Shown here one piece after another: positions 10,153 through 18,467 of a stretch of 64,000 nt of DNA; position 1 is the first letter of the stretch; the number at the start of each line of letters is the position of its first letter. The translations under genes were made by a program, and so were the position numbers. The notes under the pieces are model-generated. The model was not told the DNA's origin. It searched no databases and saw only the letters and a list, made by a program, of their open reading frames with translations. The stretch comes from Candidatus Bathyarchaeia archaeon (GTDB lineage: Archaea > Thermoproteota > CALKCG01 > B24): contig JAVZJD010000001.1 of assembly GCA_038870975.1 (NCBI GenBank), positions 800,001 through 864,000 on the forward strand, given 5' to 3'.

Positions 10153-11169
10153 TTAACTATTCTTCATCCAAACTATTTGAACATCTTCTATTCTCCATTT
10201 AGGCTTCACCAAGCTATCTTCCACATTTAACCTCAATCCGCTTTGGTAGGCTAGAATGCCGGTCCAAGCGATCATAACACCATTGTCAGTAGCGTACTCA
10301 GGTGGAACTACATGGAAACTAGCACCGTGGAGTTTAACCATTTCAGAGAACATATCTTTAATCCGCTGATTTCTCGCAAAACCACCTGTTAAGAGGACTT
10401 CTCTCTTACCTGTTTGAGCTAGGGCTCTTTCGACGACTTCAACTACCATAGATAATGCAGTCTCTTGAAGGCTGAAACATAGGTCTTCTAAAGATGCAGT
10501 CTTCTCTCTGAAAATCTTGAGAGCTGCAGTCAGAAGGCCTGAGAACTGTAAGTCCATACCCTTAACCGTATACGGTAGAGGTATGTAGTTTCCACCCCTT
10601 CTAGCAATTCTATCGAAAGCTGGGCCCGGCCAGGGGTTTTCAGCGTCAACTATTCCAGTTTCCCTGGCGAAAGTATCTATGCAATTTGCCAGAGTTATAT
10701 CTAAAGTTTCACCGAAAACCCTGTATCTACCAGCTTCATAGCCCAGTATTTGAGTCGTCCCTCCGCTTAGAATAACCACTAAAGGGTCTCTGGTTTTACT
10801 CATAAGCTTCCCAATTTCCACATGAGCTACTAAATGGTTTACCCCTACGAGTGGTTTATCAAGGTAAACCGATAGTGCTCTCGCTACTGTAGCAACAGTC
10901 CTTAGACATGGTCCAAGACCGGGGCCTTGAGAGAAGGCTATTAAGTCTATCTCCCTAGGTTTTACACCGCTTTTATTGAACGCTTCTCTTAAAACCTCAT
11001 CTGCAACTCTACTGTGGTGTTGCGACGCCTCCCTAGGGTGAATTCCTTTACCAGACGGTGGTATGTAAGAAGACTTAGACTCTGCAATGACTTCTCCATC
11101 TGAGGAGACTATGCCTACTCCAAACGTATGTGCGGTGCCCTCTATGCCGAGGCATAGTAAACGCTTCAT
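10153..11169 (-). CDS. kae1: KEOPS t6A37 threonylcarbamoyltransferase Kae1
   Basis: GIEGTAHT, GIHPRE, GPGLGPCL, HLVAH, GETLDI, DNGVMIAW. Confidence 0.95.
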   Translation of the reverse strand: MKRLLCLGIEGTAHTFGVGIVSSDGEVIAESKSSYIPPSGKGIHPREASQHHSRVADEVLREAFNKSGVKPREIDLIAFSQGPGLGPCLRTVATVARALSVYLDKPLVGVNHLVAHVEIGKLMSKTRDPLVVILSGGTTQILGYEAGRYRVFGETLDITLANCIDTFARETGIVDAENPWPGPAFDRIARRGGNYIPLPYTVKGMDLQFSGLLTAALKIFREKTASLEDLCFSLQETALSMVVEVVERALAQTGKREVLLTGGFARNQRIKDMFSEMVKLHGASFHVVPPEYATDNGVMIAWTGILAYQSGLRLNVEDSLVKPKWRIEDVQIVWMKNS

Positions 11170-11217
11170 TCAACCTTGAGAATTTTACGCTCCTCAAGAT
11201 TTAAACATTAGCCAAAC

Positions 11218-11838
11218 CTATTCTTCTGTAATCGCCTTCAATATTTCCTCTTCTGCGAATGGTCCATTTGGGCGTGCCCTTTGAATAAGAGGCGGTTTAA
11301 CAGTTAAGTCAACTATTGTTGAAGGTGGGTTTCTAGGCAGTTCTCCAAAATCTAAAACCAGGTCTACATCGCTAACAGCGTCTTTAATGCTGTAAGGCTC
11401 TGTCTCGCCGTGGATGTTTGCGCTCGTCGCTGTTATTGGCTTTCCAAGTGCTTCAACTATTGCTTGAGCCAATGGGTGGCTTGAGATTCTAGCTCCAATC
11501 CGAATTGGGTTTACAACGTCTGGTACCGTTGGTTTTTTCCATAGGACTATGGTTAAGGGTCCAGGTAGAAACCGCCTTATAAGCTTCATCGCCTCCTGGG
11601 TTAAATGGGCATACATACTCCACATTCTTACGTTAGCTACGAGTATTGTAAGGGGTCTATTTAATGGCCTACGTTTCACAAGGTATACTCTTCTAACGGC
11701 TTCAACTTCGTCTATCGCCGCTGCTAATCCATAGCAGGTTTCTGTCGGATAGACTACGATTCCGCCGTTTGTGAGAGTTCTTACGGCTTCTTCTACGGCT
11801 TTCTCAAATCCAACCTCTGAAACCTTTAAGATCTTCAT
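11218..11838 (-). CDS. L-threonylcarbamoyladenylate synthase (YrdC/TsaC domain only)
   Basis: YPTETCYGL, KRRP, PGPLT, TSAN, PSTIVD. Confidence 0.9.
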   Translation of the reverse strand: MKILKVSEVGFEKAVEEAVRTLTNGGIVVYPTETCYGLAAAIDEVEAVRRVYLVKRRPLNRPLTILVANVRMWSMYAHLTQEAMKLIRRFLPGPLTIVLWKKPTVPDVVNPIRIGARISSHPLAQAIVEALGKPITATSANIHGETEPYSIKDAVSDVDLVLDFGELPRNPPSTIVDLTVKPPLIQRARPNGPFAEEEILKAITEE

Positions 11839-12947
11839 ATGGCTGTACTCCAAAGCTCTGTTCCAGGTGGTGCCAAGACGACTTTTACAGCGTCCTCCAG
11901 AGACTTCTCAGAATACTCCATGGCTACTTTAAAGTTTTCAAGTTTGAAAACATGTGTAACTATGCTTTCTGCGTCGACTTTCTTCGTTCTAATGTACTCT
12001 ATCGCCAGTGGATAACAGTATGGGCCTAGGTGAGACCCGTAAATCGTGAGTTCTTTTCCATCCCCTATATCGCTCCAGTCTACTGTGACAGGGTCTCTGA
12101 ATACGCCGAATTCGACAAACCTACCCAATTTTCTAATCATACGTAAGCCCTGAACCACCGAGCTTGGGTGGCCAGCAGCCTCTATATATACGTCGCATCC
12201 ATATCCTCCAGTTTCACGTTTAACATACTCAGTTACGTCTATTTTAGCCGGGTTTAAAGCCTCATCGGCGCCGAGCTTAAGAGCTCTCTCAATTCTACTG
12301 TCTCTTACATCTAAAGCTATCAGTCTACCTGGACCTTTAAGCTTCGCCACTTGAAGCATACATAGTCCAAGCGGTCCCATTCCAGATATGACTACGTAGT
12401 CTCCAAGCTTTATATCGGCCCTCTCAACAGCATGTATTGCACATGCAAGAGGCTCTATTAGAACTGCCCATTTATCTGAAATTTGCTCTGGGACCTTATG
12501 TATTATGGAACCACTCGGATATATCATGTACTCGGCCCAAGCACCGTCATCTAAACCACCGTGGAAACCGAAAACCATCTGTTGCTCACACATCCAATAC
12601 TCTCCTCTAAGACAAAACCTACACTTCCAACATGGTATTATCTGCTCGGCAATCGTCTTATCTCCCACTTTAAATCCATATTTCTCCGCCACTTCTGGAT
12701 CGGCATCGACCACTCTACCTATAAACTCGTGACCTGGTATTACTGGTGCTTTAACGTACGGCTTTGGAGGACCCCAATACCTTGGAGACCCTCTGTAGCA
12801 TTTAATATCGCTTGCACATATCCCTGCGGCTAGAACTCTTACTAAGACTTCACCCTTACGAGGTTTAGGCTTAGGTACTCTCTCAAGTCTATAATCTTCA
12901 GGACCATGGCATACAACGGCTAACATATAATCATTCAAAGTGAACAC
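11835..12947 (-). CDS. Zn-dependent polyol/alcohol dehydrogenase
   Basis: GICASD, GHE, CWKCRFC..C structural Zn site, GMGPLG. Confidence 0.9.
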   Translation of the reverse strand: MFTLNDYMLAVVCHGPEDYRLERVPKPKPRKGEVLVRVLAAGICASDIKCYRGSPRYWGPPKPYVKAPVIPGHEFIGRVVDADPEVAEKYGFKVGDKTIAEQIIPCWKCRFCLRGEYWMCEQQMVFGFHGGLDDGAWAEYMIYPSGSIIHKVPEQISDKWAVLIEPLACAIHAVERADIKLGDYVVISGMGPLGLCMLQVAKLKGPGRLIALDVRDSRIERALKLGADEALNPAKIDVTEYVKRETGGYGCDVYIEAAGHPSSVVQGLRMIRKLGRFVEFGVFRDPVTVDWSDIGDGKELTIYGSHLGPYCYPLAIEYIRTKKVDAESIVTHVFKLENFKVAMEYSEKSLEDAVKVVLAPPGTELWSTAI

Positions 12948-13021
12948 CAGAAGTTAATCCCAGTGGGTTTAATTTAACAATTACCATTTCCGATGCTCTA
13001 AAAGGAGGGGGAATTTATTAA

Positions 13022-14011
13022 TTAAAATACTGGTATTATCCTCTCTCCTATCATTCTTATGGATTTTATGACGTCTGGGCCTATCGGTGAACCTACTACA
13101 AACTGAGTTACACCGGTCGCTAAAACCTGCTCTATTTTATCTATGCACTGTTTAGGGGTACCTGCTATTGAGAAGGCTTCAACCATTTCGCTCGTGACGT
13201 TTTTGAACGCTCTACCGAACTTACCCTGTACTAATGCGTCTTTTATGGCCTGAGCCTTCTCAAGATCTATCTCGTGTCTCTCTAGAACTATGTTTGGACT
13301 TCCACCAACTATAAAAGCGACAACAGGTATGGCTGCTTCAACGGCTTTAGCCTCCTCCTCCGCTATGGAGAAGCTCGTGTACGCGGCCACATCTAGATCT
13401 TCAATCTTTCTGTTTGCCTTTGAAACCCCTTCCCTTATTCTAGCGACGGCTTCCTTCAAGTCCTTGGGATGTGATGCGTTGATTAAAACACCGTCGCCTA
13501 TTTCACCCGCGAGTTTAAGCATCGCTGGACCTTGAGCTCCTATGTAGACGGGGATTTTAGACGGAGACTTGTAATTCAACTTGGCACCTTTAATCTTAAA
13601 CGCTTGACCATCTAGATCTACAGTCCCGCCGGATGTTAAAGTCCTAATGACTTCTACGGCTTCCCTAACGTAAGCCAATGGCTTTTCAAATTTCAAACCG
13701 ATTGTTGATAGAGTTACATAGTCTCCAGCTCCTATTCCACATACAACTCTATTTGGTGCTACTTCAGCTAAGCTGGCAATAGCCGTCGCAGTGAAAACAG
13801 GGTTGCATACATATGGGTTCGTTACACCCGTCCCAAGCTTTATACTATTGGTGTAATTGGCTATCAACGTCAATATCACATAGACATTTCTATTATTGTA
13901 GTGGTCAGTTATCCAGACGTAGTTGAATCCAGACTTTTCAGACTCTACAGTATAGTATACGGTTCTCCAGTATACTTCTCTCGGTACAAACTCTATCCCA
14001 AATTTAACCAT
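13022..14011 (-). CDS. mer: 5,10-methylene-tetrahydromethanopterin reductase (F420-dependent)
   Basis: KFGIEFVP, WITDHYNNRN, GVTNPY, GAQGP, LINASHPKD, GSPIGPD. Confidence 0.95.
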   Translation of the reverse strand: MVKFGIEFVPREVYWRTVYYTVESEKSGFNYVWITDHYNNRNVYVILTLIANYTNSIKLGTGVTNPYVCNPVFTATAIASLAEVAPNRVVCGIGAGDYVTLSTIGLKFEKPLAYVREAVEVIRTLTSGGTVDLDGQAFKIKGAKLNYKSPSKIPVYIGAQGPAMLKLAGEIGDGVLINASHPKDLKEAVARIREGVSKANRKIEDLDVAAYTSFSIAEEEAKAVEAAIPVVAFIVGGSPNIVLERHEIDLEKAQAIKDALVQGKFGRAFKNVTSEMVEAFSIAGTPKQCIDKIEQVLATGVTQFVVGSPIGPDVIKSIRMIGERIIPVF

Positions 14012-14022
14012 ACAACCACCCC

Positions 14023-14301
14023 TCAACCAGATATTGCATCGCGTAGTTTGCTAAACTCCACTCTTTCCGATAGGATACTCAACGTCTCCTCTTTCTCCAT
14101 ACTCGTGGCGATGTAGAGCATAGACTTCAAACACTCGCTACTCTTTAAAAGCCCCTCTCTAGCCAAGTAGAGAAACCTCACTACATGTGTAGGGTCGGCT
14201 TTATCTACATTCTTGGACTTAAGAAGAATCTCAAGAAGTCTTTCGAAAAGTTGACTTTTCAAGTCTTCGGGGAGGCTATTCAGAATGTTGTTAAGGCTCA
14301 T
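14023..14301 (-). CDS. Hypothetical helical protein directly upstream of mer
   Basis: 92 aa ORF with AGGTG RBS; stop is 11 nt before the mer start. Confidence 0.65.
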   Translation of the reverse strand: MSLNNILNSLPEDLKSQLFERLLEILLKSKNVDKADPTHVVRFLYLAREGLLKSSECLKSMLYIATSMEKEETLSILSERVEFSKLRDAISG

Positions 14302-14565
14302 ATAGACACCTACTACATATAACCTCTAATAGTTTTAAAGAATTTCCCTCCTGTCTCTTATAGACAGGATTTCTAATACACCTCCTACAGGCACTCATGT
14401 ACTATTTCAAGAATCAGTTAAACCACTTTTGCCATACTTTCGTAAACTCTGTTGTTGTAAATAAAATCTAAATCCAAGTGTATTTTAGTTATCCCTAAAG
14501 AGTTTCTAACTTCTCCTAAACAATGCTTTAGTCGAATTCCACTCTATATTCTTCTAAGTGGGAAA

Positions 14566-14949
14566 TTGAGCTCAATTGAATTAGCCGTGGAATACTTCAA
14601 AGCTATAGGCTATGATGTTAAGAGGAATGTAGAGCTTCAAGGCAGGTGGAATATGAAGTGGAGGTTCGACCTACTGCTTGAAGACAAGTTTAACCAGTTG
14701 AAGGGGGTTTGGATTAGAAATTGGAAGAGAACGGTTGGTGTAAACGTCGTAGTAATGCTCGATAGGGCATCTGAAGACGTAGGGCTTAGTAGACCGTTTC
14801 TCATAGCTAATGGCTTCAGCGCTTCAGCTTACGCATACGCCGATAGAAGGAGAATTGAACTTCTAACGTTTGAAGAAATCCTGGGCTTCATGAGGAGGTC
14901 TTTTTTAATGCCTCGCAAGTATGTTTCTGAGCGTTCGTCTAAATTTTGA
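14566..14949 (+). CDS. Mrr-like restriction endonuclease-fold protein
   Basis: YFKAIGYDV...FDLL...NWKRTVGVNVV...ANGFSASAYAYA pattern. Confidence 0.7.
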   Translation: MSSIELAVEYFKAIGYDVKRNVELQGRWNMKWRFDLLLEDKFNQLKGVWIRNWKRTVGVNVVVMLDRASEDVGLSRPFLIANGFSASAYAYADRRRIELLTFEEILGFMRRSFLMPRKYVSERSSKF

Positions 14950-15544
14950 GTTTCCACAGTCCTTTTTCACAGATAAACCTCTTCTTAGGGTCATTCGCTA
15001 AGAAATTAGCTAGACTTTTCGGGTTCGGCACTTCGAAGCCAGCGGCTAATACTTCACGGTGTACTTCTCTGATGCTCATAGACCTGCCCGCAAGTATGGA
15101 TTCTACAAAGTTTCTGATATCTTCCCTATACTTCACGTAGGTCCTAGGCTTTCCAAGCCTTCTAATTCTCCTGAAAATACTAATGAACTCATTATAATCG
15201 CTATCGTTTTTTTCTACGGTCAAATACTTACCCGTCGCTTCAGCTAAACCCTGTGCTATTAGATGATAGCATAACGATGTTTTTCCGTTTAAAACTCTAA
15301 AGTAGAAGTCGTCGCAACTACAGTATGGTGCTTCAGGTATGACTTCATAGACACCCTCCCTCCCTTCGACAGTCCACACAATTTTCCCGCTCGGTTTAAA
15401 CAGGTACATCCTAACCTTATCTTGTTGGACGATTTTAAGAGCCTCATCCAATCTTAAGCCTAAAGTCCTTCTAAGAGTCTTGATTTTTTCATCTATGCTA
15501 AGACCAGCTATGGAGGTGAACAGGTCTTTAAATTCTTTAGCCAA
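14939..15544 (-). CDS. SWIM zinc-finger protein with possible C-terminal winged helix
   Basis: YCSCDDF...CYHLIA SWIM motif. Confidence 0.75.
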   Translation of the reverse strand: MAKEFKDLFTSIAGLSIDEKIKTLRRTLGLRLDEALKIVQQDKVRMYLFKPSGKIVWTVEGREGVYEVIPEAPYCSCDDFYFRVLNGKTSLCYHLIAQGLAEATGKYLTVEKNDSDYNEFISIFRRIRRLGKPRTYVKYREDIRNFVESILAGRSMSIREVHREVLAAGFEVPNPKSLANFLANDPKKRFICEKGLWKLKI

Positions 15545-15592
15545 ACCAAGAAATAATATTATTCCTTATTTAAATATTCTAACTAGCCTCTA

Positions 15593-16468
15593 TCAACATA
15601 TGACTTTAGCTACATACCCTCCCCTATCGATTTTAAGACTTTTGGCGATTGGGTTGCACTTTGCCCTTAGAAGGAGGAAATATCCTTTTTCCCTTATTCT
15701 CCGCAGGTTCTGCAAATTCTCATAGTTCGCCATACCCTTCAATACGGCGAACTCCGTATTTTTGAACATATCTAAAGCCTCTTTAGATAAAACCTCTGGA
15801 GCTAGATAGGTACAATCTCCAATAGCAATTACTTCATCAGCGTCATTTATGATACCAGATTCTTCAGCCTCCTCCATAGTTGCATCATTCTGATATGGTT
15901 CACTTCTAACAGCTACTACGACTCTAGCACCCAACCTCTTAAACTCCCTAACCAAAAGCCTATCTAAAACTATCTCTCCAGCGTTATCGCACACGTAGAG
16001 TACAGTTGATGCTCTCCTGGCAAGCTCATACGCGGTAGTAACATCGTCTACATCAAGTTTAATGTTCTGAAAGGCGTTGTTTAACCCGTTTAAGTTAAAT
16101 GTGTACCCCGAAACCCCTAGATCTATAGCATTACCGATCAGACTGAACCTCACGGCGATGTTAAATCTTTCAAAAGAATCATTGGACTTATTGACCATCT
16201 CCAAAGCTTTAGGTAGTATCTCCAAAGCCCATCTATTCGCCTCCCTCTTTTCACCTCTGTACGGATCTACGCCCAGCCTCTTACGTACAAGCCTATAGAG
16301 CTCCGTAGCTATCTTAGTCGTATGCTTAGTCTCCTTAATAAGCTCGGAAAACTTTTGAATGACCTCTAGACATATCTCGCAGGCCTCAGGACTATCATTC
16401 AATACCTTCATAACTTCGCGGCATCTAACGTCTACGAGACAGGGTATACACTCGGCTTTAACTTCCAA
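15593..16468 (-). CDS. DUF89/ARMT1-like damage-control phosphatase
   Basis: CIPC, DPY, GNAID, DNAGE, QNDAT, KGMANYE, LRAKC. Confidence 0.9.
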   Translation of the reverse strand: MEVKAECIPCLVDVRCREVMKVLNDSPEACEICLEVIQKFSELIKETKHTTKIATELYRLVRKRLGVDPYRGEKREANRWALEILPKALEMVNKSNDSFERFNIAVRFSLIGNAIDLGVSGYTFNLNGLNNAFQNIKLDVDDVTTAYELARRASTVLYVCDNAGEIVLDRLLVREFKRLGARVVVAVRSEPYQNDATMEEAEESGIINDADEVIAIGDCTYLAPEVLSKEALDMFKNTEFAVLKGMANYENLQNLRRIREKGYFLLLRAKCNPIAKSLKIDRGGYVAKVIC

Positions 16469-17133
16469 CCCCTATTAAACACCTCCACGCAATCGAACTG
16501 CTTCAACCAGCTTCCTTCTTCAACTTAAGGCTCATACATAAAGTTAAATATTAGCCACTAGTGAATCCTCCTGATTCAACCCTTACGTACATTAAATTAT
16601 CGGCTTAACCGAGGGATTTTTACGGCTTCTAAACTCCCCAGTCTATTGATAAGACTTTTTAACTACGTAGCTTATGCCACTATTACACTAAGTATCGACT
16701 CTTCTGAATATAACAACCGAGGAATATTGAGTATTAACTTAAACAACAAGCGTGTGAACAATTAGGCAACCCATCTTCTAGATAAACATATCAGATGAAG
16801 TCATCTTAGAGTCGGAGGAGGCCTTCAACCCTAAAGGGAAAAATCGGAGAAACGTAAGGCTAGAAGGGGTCTACTCGAAAATACATATAAATTTCATTGA
16901 AATTCGATGGAGGAAATACGCATCTTATAGGAATATTCCCCTTTTAAGCATAACCTATACAGTGAGGAATTTATGAAAACATCAAATATTCACAGCGGAC
17001 ATTTAGAGGATAAAAGTAACTGCTCGTCATTCAAACTCGCATCGTCGGATCTGCTGTTCAATAGATGCAAGTGGAAGTAAACATTTAAAGTTAAATGCTG
17101 GCTTTCTCCATTTAGCTTGTTGGGGGAATATTC

Positions 17134-17925
17134 ATGAAGATCTGCATAGCTGGCAAGGGAGGCGTAGGTAAAACATTTGTCGCGGGTACACTCGCTAGAC
17201 TTTTCGCTAGAGGTGGTTTTGATGTTTTAGCCGTTGATGCGGACCCAAATCCAAACTTAGCATTATCACTGGGGATACCTGCTTCAGATGCGTTTAAAAT
17301 AACTCCTCTTCTGCGAGATTCAAGATTGATAGAGGAGCGGACGGGTGTAGCCCCCGGTTCTGGATGGAGTGTGATATTTAATATTGCCCCCGACGTTAGA
17401 GACATAGTTGATAGGTTTTCGATAAGAGGCCCAGACGGTGTTAAACTTCTCGTAGTCGGCTCCATCGACTACGGCGGTGCTGGATGCTTCTGTCCTGAGA
17501 CCGCTTTTCTGAAGACTCTCCTAGCCTACATAATGGCTAGGAGGCGGGAGGTTGTTCTAGTCGATCTGCAGGCTGGTCCAGAACCTTTTGGAAGAGGCGT
17601 TGCAAAACACGTAGATGCTATAGTAGTGGTTACAGACCAGTCTCTCAAATCTATGGAAACTGCTAAGCGGATTTTCCGCCTTTCCAAGGGTTTAAACGTT
17701 AGTAGAATAATGGCTGTCGTCAATAGGGTTACCAACCTCTCAGATGCCCCAATATCTACACTGGAGGAGATTGGCTTTGAAGTATTGGGTGTTATACCTT
17801 TCGATGAGTCTGTAGTCGAAGCAGATGAAAAAGGGTTGGCTCTTATAGATTATAAAGCAGACTCTAAAGCCCTTGAAGCAGTTAGAAAAATCTACAGTAG
17901 ACTTTCGTCTCTTTCCAAGGAGTAA
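17134..17925 (+). CDS. cooC: CODH nickel-insertion ATPase CooC
   Basis: GKGGVGKT, DADP, GCFC Ni-binding motif; next to cdhB. Confidence 0.9.
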   Translation: MKICIAGKGGVGKTFVAGTLARLFARGGFDVLAVDADPNPNLALSLGIPASDAFKITPLLRDSRLIEERTGVAPGSGWSVIFNIAPDVRDIVDRFSIRGPDGVKLLVVGSIDYGGAGCFCPETAFLKTLLAYIMARRREVVLVDLQAGPEPFGRGVAKHVDAIVVVTDQSLKSMETAKRIFRLSKGLNVSRIMAVVNRVTNLSDAPISTLEEIGFEVLGVIPFDESVVEADEKGLALIDYKADSKALEAVRKIYSRLSSLSKE

Positions 17926-17931
17926 TTAGGC

Positions 17932-18465
17932 TTAGACTTTAAGCTTATTTACCAGGTCTTCTAAGAACCGCTCCCATTCATCAATATTCATGTTTCTGAG
18001 GCTCCAAGAAGCATTCGGCTGGTAGAACCTGTCTAGGCTTATAGTTTTAACGGATTGAGCGAAGTTTTTAAGCCCCGTCAATATCAGCCACGCCATGTAA
18101 TATGGGAGGCCTACAACCACTAATGTTTTATAAGCTCCCTTTCCATCTAAACCCATCCACTCCGGGTCTGAAGCTTTATTCGCTACCTCTACCGGCGAAA
18201 TCCAAGCGGTATTCAACAGTCTACTCTTAATTTTAACGTAAACCGTAGAAGAAGTGGCAATATGCGCATCTACAGCTTCAGCTACGTCTACTATATAGTC
18301 TAGAAGAGAACGTTTAGAAAGGACCGTTGAAATTCCATCGCCACATACCATTAGTATTCTCCCACCCTGTTTGAGGAGTTCTGCTGCAAGCTCAGGCTTC
18401 TCAATTATTGTTGCTCTCCTAGTGCCTGGGACTTCAGCCTTCATCCAAGGCTCGCTACGCCACAA
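17932..18465 (-). CDS. cdhB: CODH/ACS complex epsilon subunit
   Basis: PW.KAEVPG, W.GLDGKG.Y, YQPNASWS; TTG at 18465 directly follows the cdhA stop. Confidence 0.9.
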   Translation of the reverse strand: MWRSEPWMKAEVPGTRRATIIEKPELAAELLKQGGRILMVCGDGISTVLSKRSLLDYIVDVAEAVDAHIATSSTVYVKIKSRLLNTAWISPVEVANKASDPEWMGLDGKGAYKTLVVVGLPYYMAWLILTGLKNFAQSVKTISLDRFYQPNASWSLRNMNIDEWERFLEDLVNKLKV

Positions 18466-18467
18466 AG

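Noticed and set aside
14351-14362. CTGTCTCTTATA matches the start of the Tn5/Nextera mosaic end
   Set aside because: Only 12 nt match, then the sequence diverges into a palindrome; not good evidence of adapter contamination
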